This document shows, piece by piece, positions 1 through 9,473 of a DNA stretch of 64,000 nt. This DNA comes from Phormidesmis sp. Lineage in GTDB: Bacteria > Cyanobacteriota > Cyanobacteriia > Leptolyngbyales > Leptolyngbyaceae. Where the stretch lies: the NCBI GenBank assembly GCA_965248535.1, contig CBDFJR010000002.1, positions 704,001 to 768,000 on the forward strand. The letters run 5' to 3'. The position numbers and the translations under genes were made by a program. The notes beneath the pieces are model-generated. The model was not told the origin of the DNA, made no database searches, and was given only the letters and a program-made list of their open reading frames with translations. Numbering within the stretch: position 1 is the first letter of the stretch; the number at the start of each line of letters is the position of its first letter.

Positions 1-1557
1 TTTGTGGGACTGAAGGCTGCTGAGAGCGAGATCAACACATTCTTCGAGGGGCAACGGTTCGAGTCGCCACTCAATCCGCCCGCTCTCAAGACGAGACAGG
101 GTGAGAAAGTCTTGAATTAACTTTCGCATTCGATCGGCATCGGTGAGGGCTGAGTTGAGCATCACTTGCCGCAAATCGAGGGACATATCGGGTTCGCTAG
201 CCAAGCTTTCAAGGCAGACTTGAATCGTGGAGAGCGGCGTTCTTAACTCGTGCCCGGTGATGGCGATCAGGTTGCTGCGGGTGCGATCGAGGGCGGCTAG
301 CTGCTGGTTGAGATCTTCTAAATTCGCGTAGGCTTCGGCTTGAATCAGGGCGACCCCGATCTGAGTGGCGATCGCTTCGACCATTTCTAACTCGCTGCGC
401 TCTAGCTTGTGAGGTGCAGAATCGCAGTAGTGTAGCTCAACCATGCCCAATAGCTGGTTTTGATTGAGGACGGGCACCATCAGCCACGATCGAATCTGTC
501 TATCTGGAGTCAAGGCACGCTGCGTTTCGCTGAATCGCCCATCAGCTTGAGTGTCTTCAACATAGACAGGTTCTTGCTTTTGCACGACTTCTTGAAACAA
601 CGGGTTTGCCCGCAGCGACCAAGATTGACCCACCAAAGAGTGGGCTTCAAAACTCGCAGGCTGACTCTTCGGTAGGCTAGCGGCGACCACGCCACAGCTT
701 CCTAAAAACTCATGCTCTAGAGGCGCGATCGCATCGGTTGATTTGCAGCGATAAATCAGACAGCGCCCTGCTCCTAGGGCTTTGCCCAACTCTTGCACCG
801 CCACTTGCAAAATCTCGTTGGGATTTAGCGATCGCCGCACCGCTGCCGTGATCGAGTTAATCAAGCGCTCTTTGCGTTCTTTTTCAGCGATCGAGCGGTA
901 GGCTTTAGCCAGTTTGTATTGCCCGGCTTGCAGGTAGGTGACGAGCCGTTCGGCAAACGGGCCCGGATCGACTTGATTAAAGCCAGAGGTTGCATCTATC
1001 TGAATCTGAGCCAGCATCAGGTCAGTTTTGGGAGCTAAATCCGGACGGTAGACCTGAATCCGTCTCAGCAAAAGATTTGCCGACTCACAGACAATTTGAC
1101 GATCGAACGTCCAGATTCCTTCAAACCGCCGCGACTGATCCACATGCAGGTCTTGAATATTGGCGGGGGGATCAGGCTGTCGTCGCTCACGGCAAATCAA
1201 GCAAGATGCGTAGTGCGCGCCCAACACCACGAGATGCCATTCTTGGCTCAGAGCATCGGCTGGCTCAAAGGCGATCGTTTCATAATCTTGAGCACGATCA
1301 ACAAAATCGGTTTCAGGAGCCGCTAAGACATAAACCTGGTCGGTGCGCTCTGCAATTCGCAAATATCGATGGGCTTCTTGCCGATAAAACCGCTCTCGCT
1401 GAAAGCTAGCAATCACCAATGGGCGATCAACCCCTGCCAAAACCTGGTCTTCCATTGCGTGAGAAAGGGCCGTGAGGGAAGACTTGAAATAGATTTGGGG
1501 ATGAGCTTGGGGAAAGGCTTTTAGAAGTTCTTCAAGGACGGATTCGGGGATGATCAT
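1..1557 (-). CDS. DICT-GAF sensor histidine kinase (3' end runs off the window)
   Basis: Not in the ORF track because no stop lies inside the window. ATG at 1557 gives MIIPESVLEELLKAFPQAHPQIYFKSSLTALSHAMED (DICT-like N-terminus). A GAF-like region follows, then the H-box LIAITGHELRTPLSTIQ near 250 in the same frame. Confidence 0.85.
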   Translation of the reverse strand, partial: MIIPESVLEELLKAFPQAHPQIYFKSSLTALSHAMEDQVLAGVDRPLVIASFQRERFYRQEAHRYLRIAERTDQVYVLAAPETDFVDRAQDYETIAFEPADALSQEWHLVVLGAHYASCLICRERRQPDPPANIQDLHVDQSRRFEGIWTFDRQIVCESANLLLRRIQVYRPDLAPKTDLMLAQIQIDATSGFNQVDPGPFAERLVTYLQAGQYKLAKAYRSIAEKERKERLINSITAAVRRSLNPNEILQVAVQELGKALGAGRCLIYRCKSTDAIAPLEHEFLGSCGVVAASLPKSQPASFEAHSLVGQSWSLRANPLFQEVVQKQEPVYVEDTQADGRFSETQRALTPDRQIRSWLMVPVLNQNQLLGMVELHYCDSAPHKLERSELEMVEAIATQIGVALIQAEAYANLEDLNQQLAALDRTRSNLIAITGHELRTPLSTIQVCLESLASEPDMSLDLRQVMLNSALTDADRMRKLIQDFLTLSRLESGRIEWRLEPLPLEECVDLALSSLQSHK

Positions 1558-1713
1558 CGATAGTGCTCTACCAGCCAGACTGGATAACATTCGGCAAGCT
1601 AGGGCAAGACCCAACCAGCGAATCGAATAGGTAGGAGGTTCTCAGCACGAACCATAGCAGAACTGTTAAACCCACTCTGCCTAAAATTGTAAAGGTTTAA
1701 CGCCATTCCGCCG

Positions 1714-2238
1714 CTATCGCCGGGTGTTTCTTAATCCAGAGTCGAGATGGGGCAAAGTTTCCTGCTGTTCTAATAAAACGACGGCATGAGCCGCGATCGC
1801 TTCTTCGCGCCCCACTGCATCCAATTTTTCGTTAGTTGTGGCTTTGACCCCGACCCGATCGGGCGACAAATTGAGCACGGTGGCGAGGCGCGATCGCATC
1901 GCTTCAATATGAGGCTTGAGTTTAGGACGTTCAGCAACGATCACCGAGTCGATGTTACCAATCTGCCAGCCTTTTTCTTGAATCAACTGATGCACCTGCG
2001 CCAGCAGCACCAAGCTATCAGCCCCCGCCCACTTTGGGTCAGTCGGGGGAAAATAGTGCCCAATGTCTCCTAGGCTCAAAGCTCCCAGCATGGCATCCAT
2101 AATGGCGTGGGTGAGCACATCGGCATCACTGTGCCCTAATAAACCCGTTTCGTGATCGATTTTGATGCCGCCTAGGATCAAATCTCGCCCAGCGACAAGG
2201 CGGTGAATGTCATATCCGTTGCCGATTCTAAGGGTCAT
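1714..2238 (-). CDS. ispF: 2-C-methyl-D-erythritol 2,4-cyclodiphosphate synthase
   Basis: [28 protein letters not shown] and [11 protein letters not shown] motifs. Confidence 0.97.
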   Translation of the reverse strand: MTLRIGNGYDIHRLVAGRDLILGGIKIDHETGLLGHSDADVLTHAIMDAMLGALSLGDIGHYFPPTDPKWAGADSLVLLAQVHQLIQEKGWQIGNIDSVIVAERPKLKPHIEAMRSRLATVLNLSPDRVGVKATTNEKLDAVGREEAIAAHAVVLLEQQETLPHLDSGLRNTRR

Positions 2239-2326
2239 GGGCTGTTAGCAATTAGCACTCAGTGTTTAGCAGGGGTCTAGGGTCAGGGGCGGGTGTAAGT
2301 TTCCTATTACTCTGACTGCTCAGACC

Positions 2327-3344
2327 TTAAATGGAGTAGTAGAGGGGGAAAGATTTTGCGTCTTTGGGTTTGACATAAACGCGCTGCTCAGGTTCGAGCT
2401 TTAATTCGTCAAAGCGATCGCGGGTGAGATGAGCGGTCACCACTTGACCATCATCCAGCGTCAACTCAGCTTGAATCTCCCAACCCAGGTGAATTAATCG
2501 ACTGACTCTAGCGGCAACGGTGCTGCCGTTGGGCGAGGTTTCAATTAAAACGTCTTGAGGCCGCAGAAACATATCGGGATGAACCGAGTCAAACCCGTTG
2601 TTTTGAAAAAGCCGCGACGAACTGGGCAACACGTTGACCGGGCCGATAAAGCTCATCACAAAAGCACTGGCTGGGTGGTCATAAATCTCAGCCGGGGTGC
2701 CCACTTGCTCGACTTTGCCTTTATTCATCACCACGATTTCGTCTGAGACTTCCATCGCTTCTTCTTGGTCATGGGTGACAAAGACGGTCGTGACGTGCAC
2801 TTCATCGTGCAAGCGCCTCAGCCAGGCTCTCAGGTCTTTTCGCACTTTGGCATCAAGGGCCCCAAAGGGTTCGTCGAGCAATAGCACCTTGGGTTCGACG
2901 GCCAGTGCTCGCGCTAAGGCGACTCGCTGCCGTTGTCCCCCCGATAATTGGGAGGGGTAGCGATCGCCCAGCCCAGCTAGCTGCACCAGATTTAATAGTT
3001 CTTCGACGCGCTGTTTGACTCTAGGGGCAGCAGTCTTGCGAATCTCTAACCCAAAAGCAATGTTTTGCCGCACGGTCATGTGCTTAAACAGCGCATAGTG
3101 CTGGAAGACAAAGCCGATGTTGCGATCTTGCACGCTGCGATCGGTGGCATCTTCGCCCGTGATTAGAATCTTGCCCTCGTCGGGAGTCTCTAACCCTGAG
3201 ACCAGTCTCAGCAGACGTAGACTTACCCGACCCAGAAGGGCCCAGTAGCGCGACGAGAGAGCCGCTCTTTACATCTAAATTAACTCGATCAACGGCTTGA
3301 AAGCTGCCAAACCGCTTTGACACGTCTTGTATGAGGATGCCCAC
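2327..3344 (-). pseudogene. cysA: Sulfate ABC transporter ATP-binding subunit, split by one extra base at ~3215 (frameshift or sequencing error)
   Basis: The Walker [10 protein letters not shown] is in ORF 3084-3344; [15 protein letters not shown] and a TOBE tail are in ORF 2327-3133. Removing the base at 3215 restores [15 protein letters not shown]. Confidence 0.88.
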
Positions 3345-3452
3345 CGCAATCTCCGGTTTTTCGATGAGATTACTGTAGATTTATAGCACAAACTCAGCCG
3401 CAAATCTGCAAAAGTTTTACTCAAATCTTTGCTCAAATCAAGATTTTTGGGA

Positions 3453-3492
3453 GCGTTTGTAGCGGTGCAGGCTAGCACACCGCTACAAACGC
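3453..3492. terminator. 15-bp perfect stem-loop between ribH and cysA
   Basis: GCGTTTGTAGCGGTG-N10-CACCGCTACAAACGC. Confidence 0.5.
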
Positions 3493-3511
3493 CTAAAACT
3501 TACCCTCTGTC

Positions 3512-4093
3512 CTATTCACTAGACGGGTCAGCGCCGGCCCCCTGAAAGGAGGCTGTCAAAGTGTGGTGAGCCGTGGGAGCGATCGCCGGGTTGCCAGAAT
3601 GATGACCTGCTGCCGCCCCTTTAACTTGACGCATGAGACTGGCCATCTCTAGCGCATCCATCCCATAGCCCCAGCCATGATTGCTCTTGATTCCAGCCCG
3701 CTCTAAGGCTTGCTGCATGGTGTCTGCCGTAATCACACCAAAAATTACCGGAACCCCTGTTTGAAACCCCGTTGCCGCGATGCCTTTTGAGACTTCTGCC
3801 GAGACATATTCAAAGTGGGGCGTTTGCCCGCGAATCACAGCGCCGAGACAAATGATGGCATCATAGCGATCGGTGATGGCAAGTTGACGGGCAATCAAAG
3901 GCAACTCAAAGCATCCCGGCACCCAGGCATAATCGACCTGCGTGCCTTGGGGGTTGATATCAACTCCGTGACGCTTGAGGCAATCTTGACACCCTTCTAC
4001 CAATTTGTTTGTGATCAGGTCATTAAATCGAGCGATCACCAAAGCAAATCGCAGCGATTCTGTCTGTGAAAACGATCCTTCAAAAATAGTCAT
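3512..4093 (-). CDS. ribH: 6,7-dimethyl-8-ribityllumazine synthase
   Basis: [28 protein letters not shown] and QALERAGIK motifs. Confidence 0.97.
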   Translation of the reverse strand: MTIFEGSFSQTESLRFALVIARFNDLITNKLVEGCQDCLKRHGVDINPQGTQVDYAWVPGCFELPLIARQLAITDRYDAIICLGAVIRGQTPHFEYVSAEVSKGIAATGFQTGVPVIFGVITADTMQQALERAGIKSNHGWGYGMDALEMASLMRQVKGAAAGHHSGNPAIAPTAHHTLTASFQGAGADPSSE

Positions 4094-4296
4094 TATTTTG
4101 TCTTGAGCATTAACATGTCACAGCTACGATCGGACGTAAATCGCCCGCCCCAAGTTTAACCAAAGGGTATTTGCTCAAATTACCAGGATCATCTGCCTTT
4201 GAACAGAGTTGACCTAGTTGATCGCTTGCAAGGATCGCGTATCGTGACGAAGTTTAGCGCCTGCTCAAGCCGTCTTAGCGGGCAAGACTCTAGTTT

Positions 4297-4349
4297 AAAA
4301 GGGAGTTTAGAAGGGGTCGAAAGCATCGCGTTTCCTCCCCCTAGCTCCC
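4297..4349 (-). terminator. Probable intrinsic terminator after psbZ
   Basis: On the minus strand, an imperfect stem GGGAGCTAGGGGG...CCCCTTCTAAACTCCC is followed by TTTT. Confidence 0.45.
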
Positions 4350-4356
4350 AAGCTGC

Positions 4357-4545
4357 TTAGGCAACCAAGAAGTTGAGTGCCCCAACTGTAACCACTAGCA
4401 GAGTCCAAATGCCAGCCCCTAAGTAGAGTAGACGCTTTGACTGATCCCAGTTTTGAGGAGATGCGTAAGCAACGGGCACCCCAACCACCATCACAAATGA
4501 GAATATTACTAGAGCAGCCAAGGCGGCTTGAAACAAAATTGTCAT
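4357..4545 (-). CDS. psbZ: Photosystem II protein Z
   Basis: 62 aa, [33 protein letters not shown]. Start moved to the ATG at 4545. Confidence 0.96.
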   Translation of the reverse strand: MTILFQAALAALVIFSFVMVVGVPVAYASPQNWDQSKRLLYLGAGIWTLLVVTVGALNFLVA

Positions 4546-4642
4546 TGTCTTCTCCCTACTACAGCAAATGAAGTTAAATCTAAAATTTGGCGGCATCCAG
4601 GCTGCACGTTTGACAAGCCCTGAGTAGTAACCTATCAGAAAA

Positions 4643-7366
4643 ATGGATCTGATTCTATGTCATATCACGGCAGATTTCGATACATTAGGTGCGGCGATCG
4701 GGCTATCTCGCCTGCTGCCGGGATCACGAATCGTGCTAGCCGGAGGAGCGCACCCTACTGTGCGAGATTTTCTCGCCCTGCATCGCGATGAATATGCGTT
4801 GATTGAGCGGCGATCGGTGAATCCGCAAGCCATCCGATCGCTGTGGGTGGTCGATAGTCAACGACGCGATCGCTTAGGCAAGGTGGCCGAGTGGTTAGAT
4901 TTGCCCGCTATTGCGATCGCCCTTTATGACCACCATGAAGATGCCGAGAGCGATATTTTTGCCCAAACTCGCCATGTTGAAGCTGTTGGAGCCACGACTA
5001 CTCTGATCGTTGAGCAACTTCAGAAGGCACAGATTTCGCTCACGGCGATCGAGGCGACGGCGATGGCGCTCGGCATTCACGTTGATACAGGCTCTCTCAC
5101 GTTTGATCACGCCACTTCTAGAGATGCCCTAGCTCTAGCTTGGTTGATGGATCAAGGGGCTAACCTGGGCACGATCGCCGACTATATCGACCCCAGACTT
5201 TCGCCCCTGCTGCAAGATTTGCTCGGTGTCGCCCTCACAAATTTGCAATCTGAAACCATCTACGGCTACACCCTGGCTTGGGTGACTCTCAAAACCGATG
5301 ACTATGTGCCCGGACTTTCTAGCCTCGCCTCTCGATTGATGGAAGTCACTGAAAGTGATGCCCTGCTGCTGCTGCATCGCTATCGTCGCGGAGTCGATCG
5401 CCAAAGGCCCGAAGGAAACGTCTTGAGCGTGATTGGGCGATCGCGCATTGAAGGCACCAATCTCAACGACTTGTTTAAGCCTTGGGGCGGAGGCGGACAC
5501 CCCAAAGCCGCCGCCGTGACGCTGCGGGGGGATTTTTCAGACATTTTGACGCAGCTTCTCGCAGGATTCAAGGCTCAGATTCCGCCTGCGCCCACTGCAC
5601 GAGAGTTGATGTCATCGCCCGTTCGCACCCTGCGCCCTGAGACGACGATTGACGAAGCCCAGCGAATTCTGCTGCGCTATGGCCACTCTGGGCTGTCAGT
5701 GGTCAACCCCAACGGTCAACTGGTGGGCATGATCTCGCGTCGTGACTTAGATATTGCTTTTTATCACGGGTTTGGTCATGCCCCCGTCAAAGGCTATATG
5801 AGCACAAACTTGAAGACGATCGCGCCCGATGCTCAACTGCCCGACATTCAGTCATTGATGGTGACCTACGATATCGGTCGCCTGCCTGTCTTAGATCAAG
5901 GGCAACTGATCGGCATAGTGACTCGCACAGACGTGCTGCGGCAACTGCATCACTCTGATCACCACGAGAGATTTGAGCATCATCCCTCACGTTCCAAGAT
6001 TCAAAATCCAAAATCTAAAATCACCCTCGATCGGCTGGCTCCGATTTTGCAAGATCTTTTGGCGATCGCGGCCAGCCAGGCAGAAAAAAACGGCTGGCAC
6101 CTCTACTTAGTGGGCGGAGCCGTGCGCGATCTGCTGCTGACCGATGCTGATCAACCCGTGCTATTGACCGATCTGGATCTGGTTGTGGATGGGTTTCACC
6201 GCTCGGCTGACGTGGGCGCAGGGGTCGAGCTAGCCCGATCGCTCCAAAGTCTCTATCCCGATGCGCGTTTAGAGATTCACGGCCGGTTTCAAACGGCGGC
6301 GCTGCTGTGGCACAACGATCCCATCTTAGACTCTCTGTGGGTTGACATCGCCACCGCCCGCACTGAGTTTTATCCCTACCCGGCCGCAAACCCAGAAGTT
6401 GAGGCCAGTTCGATTCGTCAAGATCTCTATCGTCGAGACTTCACCATTAATGCGATGGCCCTGCGGTTGACCCAGCCTCGTTCAGGCGAATTGCTGGACT
6501 TTTTTGGCGGAGCGCTAGACTTGCAGGCAAAGCAGATTCGAGTCTTGCACCCCAACAGTTTTATCGAAGACCCGACCCGAATTTATCGAGCCGTCCGGTT
6601 TGCGACTCGCCTGGGGTTTGAGATTGAGTCTCAGACCGAACGCTATATTCGTCATGCGATCGCCAGTGGCATTTATGAACAAGTTCAGGCTCGCCACGGC
6701 TCAAGTCGGGTCGGTGCCCCAGCTTTGCAAACTCGTCTCAAATCAGAACTCAAATACATTCTGCAATCGTCTTATTGGAGAGCGGCTCTCGACCAGTTGG
6801 CCTATTTAGGAGCCTTGCGCTGCATTCACCCCACCTTAGAGCTAGACGCTGAGTTGAGATGGCAACTGCGGGCAGCCGAGCGCTGGCAGCATCGGTTTGA
6901 TCCTTTGCCACGGCTCCCGTCTTGGCAGTTTTTGCTAGAAGTGCTGATCGCGTATCTTGCCCCTGACGATCGGGCCCCTGTCGCTCAAACCCTGCAACTT
7001 TCTGCCGATGGCATCGATCGATTAGTTCAGCTAGCTGCCGTTCAGTCTCAGTTGACATCTTTTGCCACCCGTCAGCCGCCGAGCCAGGTCGTGAGGCAAT
7101 TGCAGCACTACGATCGTCCGCTCTTGATGCTTGTGGCAGTCAAAAGTCCTCGGTCAATTCGTAGACAAATTTGGCACTATTTAACAGTTTGGTCTCACGT
7201 TAAATCGCCCCTAGACGGCAATGATTTAAAGGCTCTAGGCTATCAACCGGGTCGGCAGTTCAAACTCATTTTAGAGGATCTGCTAGCAGCCGTTTTAGAC
7301 GGGAGAGTGCACGATCGCGCTCAAGCAGAGGACTATTTAGCCCAGCACTATGCTCAAACCTCGTGA
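4643..7366 (+). CDS. DHH/DHHA1-CBS-tRNA nucleotidyltransferase (likely the cyanobacterial A-adding enzyme)
   Basis: DHH and GGGGH motifs, a CBS pair, and [24 protein letters not shown] and EDPTRIYRA motifs. Confidence 0.9.
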   Translation: MDLILCHITADFDTLGAAIGLSRLLPGSRIVLAGGAHPTVRDFLALHRDEYALIERRSVNPQAIRSLWVVDSQRRDRLGKVAEWLDLPAIAIALYDHHEDAESDIFAQTRHVEAVGATTTLIVEQLQKAQISLTAIEATAMALGIHVDTGSLTFDHATSRDALALAWLMDQGANLGTIADYIDPRLSPLLQDLLGVALTNLQSETIYGYTLAWVTLKTDDYVPGLSSLASRLMEVTESDALLLLHRYRRGVDRQRPEGNVLSVIGRSRIEGTNLNDLFKPWGGGGHPKAAAVTLRGDFSDILTQLLAGFKAQIPPAPTARELMSSPVRTLRPETTIDEAQRILLRYGHSGLSVVNPNGQLVGMISRRDLDIAFYHGFGHAPVKGYMSTNLKTIAPDAQLPDIQSLMVTYDIGRLPVLDQGQLIGIVTRTDVLRQLHHSDHHERFEHHPSRSKIQNPKSKITLDRLAPILQDLLAIAASQAEKNGWHLYLVGGAVRDLLLTDADQPVLLTDLDLVVDGFHRSADVGAGVELARSLQSLYPDARLEIHGRFQTAALLWHNDPILDSLWVDIATARTEFYPYPAANPEVEASSIRQDLYRRDFTINAMALRLTQPRSGELLDFFGGALDLQAKQIRVLHPNSFIEDPTRIYRAVRFATRLGFEIESQTERYIRHAIASGIYEQVQARHGSSRVGAPALQTRLKSELKYILQSSYWRAALDQLAYLGALRCIHPTLELDAELRWQLRAAERWQHRFDPLPRLPSWQFLLEVLIAYLAPDDRAPVAQTLQLSADGIDRLVQLAAVQSQLTSFATRQPPSQVVRQLQHYDRPLLMLVAVKSPRSIRRQIWHYLTVWSHVKSPLDGNDLKALGYQPGRQFKLILEDLLAAVLDGRVHDRAQAEDYLAQHYAQTS
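5993..6022 (+). repeat. Heptamer short tandem repeat (STRR-type, TCCAAAA/TTCAAAA) inside a coding linker
   Basis: tccaaga ttcaaaa tccaaaa tctaaaa tc, encoding [10 protein letters not shown]. Confidence 0.75.
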
Positions 7367-7404
7367 GTCCTGATTCTTGAAAATCTCTTTGAACAAAATT
7401 TGAG

Positions 7405-7446
7405 CGCAGTCCCCAACCAGAATCTTTGATTTGGTTGGGGACTGCG
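7405..7446 (+). other. IS left-end subterminal hairpin (TnpA binding site)
   Basis: CGCAGTCCCCAACCA-GAATCTTTGATT-TGGTTGGGGACTGCG. Confidence 0.85.
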
Positions 7447-7471
7447 AAAACGTAATTGAGAACGTCTTGGA

Positions 7472-7900
7472 TCACGATTCAGGGCGTTCTTGATTTTGGA
7501 CATATTCGATCAATTTTTCTAACGGTGCTTGCGCTCCAACACTTATCAAAGCGTAACTCCCACCCCAAAACATCGGTTTTTCAGACCAGTAAAATTTTTT
7601 CAGTTCAGTCGAGTATTCCTTACGCATTAGCCGCGATGAAACTGTTTTGAGATTATTTACAAGCTTAGAGAGATCAACGCTAGGAATGCTCTCAAACAAA
7701 ATGTGAATATGATCACCTTCGCCCCCGAACTCAATGATCTCACAATCCCATTTTATCAAGACAGAACGGATGATTTCTTCTAATCGATTGAGCATTTCCC
7801 CGGTTAGACATTTTCTACAGAACTTACTCACCAATACAAGGTGAAAAATTAAACGAAACGCAGAGTTAGAACGGGTTTTGAGACGGGTGGAAGTTTTCAT
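7472..7900 (-). CDS. tnpA: IS200/IS605 HUH (Y1) transposase
   Basis: FHLVLVSK, HUH motif DHIHIL, LKTVSSR, FWGGSY and catalytic EYVQNQ. ATG at 7900 chosen as start. Confidence 0.95.
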   Translation of the reverse strand: MKTSTRLKTRSNSAFRLIFHLVLVSKFCRKCLTGEMLNRLEEIIRSVLIKWDCEIIEFGGEGDHIHILFESIPSVDLSKLVNNLKTVSSRLMRKEYSTELKKFYWSEKPMFWGGSYALISVGAQAPLEKLIEYVQNQERPES

Positions 7901-7919
7901 AACTAACTTGTTAACTAAC

Positions 7920-7948
7920 TTGACAACTGAATTGTAGCAGGTTAACAT
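7920..7948 (+). promoter_or_regulatory. Candidate sigma70-type promoter for tnpB
   Basis: TTGACA-N17-TAACAT, overlapping a 10-bp direct repeat AACTAACTTG (7901, 7913). Confidence 0.5.
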
Positions 7949-7976
7949 TGTTATTGTAAGTAGCGAGGTCGAAGCT

Positions 7977-9389
7977 ATGGTTTCTAAACGAACTAAATCA
8001 AAATCTAAAAAGAAAAAAGTCACTCATGATCTGGGTATTCGTAGTGATATCTGGCAACTCGACATGACATCTGAACAGAAAGATTTGGCGCGTTTAACCG
8101 TAGCTGAATATCGTTATTTTCTAAAACCTCTTGTGTTAATCACATATTGGAACTGGGATCAATTGTCTGCGTTGACAGCGAAAGATCGAGTTAATTTCCT
8201 TGAGAAGTTGTTTAATCGGACTGCCGTAAACACAGACCCTAAATACGCTTGGTTTTTCGAGAAATCAATTGTCAATCATCCATCGTTTCGTAAATTCCCA
8301 AGCTATTTGCGACGTGCTGCAATTCAGGATGCAATCGGTATTGTGTCGAGTTTTGTAACCCGTTGGGGTATGTGGAAACGTGGTGAACGGAAACATCGTT
8401 ATGATAAAGCTCCTAAACTCACCTCAATGTGCAATAGCTATCCAGCTTTGTATCGAGGTCAACAAATCAGGTACAACGCTAACCACAGATCGGTAGATCT
8501 AAAGGTTTGGAACGGATCTGATTGGGTGTGGATCAGCGACGTGAAAGTTAAGAGTTACGGTAAGAATCGTCATTTGGTTGTTGGAAACGAAATCCAGTCG
8601 CCAAGTTTGATTGCAAACCGAGAAGGCGTTCATCTTTCGATGCCAGTGAAAGTTGCGATATCTCCTATCGAAAATGCAGACTTTGTGTGTGCAGTAGACT
8701 TAGGGATCAATAACGCTGCAACTGCTTCCATCGTGGGTAAGGACGGTACTGTAAAGGCGCGGAAGATTATCAACCCCGCTAGAGACATAGACCGAAGAGA
8801 TCAACGCAGAATGCAGGTCAAGAAGAAGTCAAGACAAACCGCAAAAATAACCGGAGAGAAACTTCCAAAAGGTTTCTGCAAAGGTTTGTACCGTAAATCA
8901 TCAAACATCAATGAAAGCATTGCTCAACAAGTTTCATTGCAAATAATCCGTTTTGCAAAAGAGCATGGTGTCAGTGTGATCGTGTTTGAGGATCTATCAA
9001 ACTGGAAAGCGAAGGCTGGAAAGAAAGGTACGTTGCACAAGCAAAAGTTTCATCAATGGTGCAAAGATCGCACGGTTGATTTAACGATGATGAAGTTTTC
9101 GGAATTGGGTGGAACCGTATCAAAAGTGAATGCAAAATACACCAGTGCATACGCCTTTGACGGGTCGGGTAAACTGAAGCGTGATAGTAAAAATTATACT
9201 CAAGCCACGTTCAGTACCGGAAAGCAATACAACGCTGATCTGTCTGCGTCGTATAACATCGGTGCTAGATATTGGTACGCCGTTCTAACCAATTCTAAGT
9301 TCATTAAGGTTTGGGAAGACAAAAGTTCTTCTCATTCACAGAGGACACCTGTAACGCTCAGTTCCTTATGGGATCTGGTTGCGACTTAA
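7977..9389 (+). CDS. tnpB: RNA-guided endonuclease TnpB, zinc-finger-less variant
   Basis: RuvC I CAVDLGINN, RuvC II IVFEDL and RuvC III YNADLSASYNI. The CxxC pairs are replaced by YTSAYAFDGSG...TFSTG. Confidence 0.9.
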   Translation: MVSKRTKSKSKKKKVTHDLGIRSDIWQLDMTSEQKDLARLTVAEYRYFLKPLVLITYWNWDQLSALTAKDRVNFLEKLFNRTAVNTDPKYAWFFEKSIVNHPSFRKFPSYLRRAAIQDAIGIVSSFVTRWGMWKRGERKHRYDKAPKLTSMCNSYPALYRGQQIRYNANHRSVDLKVWNGSDWVWISDVKVKSYGKNRHLVVGNEIQSPSLIANREGVHLSMPVKVAISPIENADFVCAVDLGINNAATASIVGKDGTVKARKIINPARDIDRRDQRRMQVKKKSRQTAKITGEKLPKGFCKGLYRKSSNINESIAQQVSLQIIRFAKEHGVSVIVFEDLSNWKAKAGKKGTLHKQKFHQWCKDRTVDLTMMKFSELGGTVSKVNAKYTSAYAFDGSGKLKRDSKNYTQATFSTGKQYNADLSASYNIGARYWYAVLTNSKFIKVWEDKSSSHSQRTPVTLSSLWDLVAT

Positions 9390-9455
9390 TTCAAGAATCC
9401 CCATCTAAATCAAAGATTTTAGATGGGGAGTGTTCAAAGGGTTAGCATGGTTGGG
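9250..9455 (+). ncRNA. Predicted TnpB omegaRNA/reRNA (scaffold to 9437 plus flanking guide); 5' boundary is a guess
   Basis: Inferred from known TnpB biology: the right-end RNA overlaps the tnpB 3' end and reads through TCAA into the flank. Confidence 0.45.
9398..9437 (+). other. IS right-end hairpin and TCAA cleavage site
   Basis: GAAT-CCCCATCTAAATCAAAGATTTTAGATGGGGA-GTGTTCAA. Confidence 0.85.
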
Positions 9456-9473
9456 ATTGTGCGAGGGGCAAGC

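Larger units (their letters stand above)
7394..9437 (+). mobile_element. IS200/IS605-family element (IS605-type, divergent tnpA/tnpB)
   Basis: Related subterminal hairpins at 7405-7446 and 9398-9429. The right end finishes in TTCAA at 9437 and the left boundary follows TTGAA at 7389-7393. The element is AT-richer than its flanks and lacks HIP1. Confidence 0.9.

Noticed and set aside
460..1409. Plus-strand ORFs 460-675, 990-1409 and 1096-1326
   Set aside because: Shadows of the minus-strand DICT kinase, with no recognisable motifs.
4094..4296. Possible FMN riboswitch upstream of ribH
   Set aside because: None of the conserved FMN aptamer segments could be found on the minus strand.
7901..8023. 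41-aa N-terminal extension of TnpA in the ORF track
   Set aside because: It overlaps the tnpB start and promoter region; ATG 7900 gives a normal ~140-aa TnpA.
7977..9470. TnpB as a Cas12/CRISPR effector
   Set aside because: No repeat-spacer array or cas genes; it has a tnpA partner and IS hairpin ends.
9423..9473. Kinase start at 9423
   Set aside because: That ATG lies within the IS right-end hairpin.
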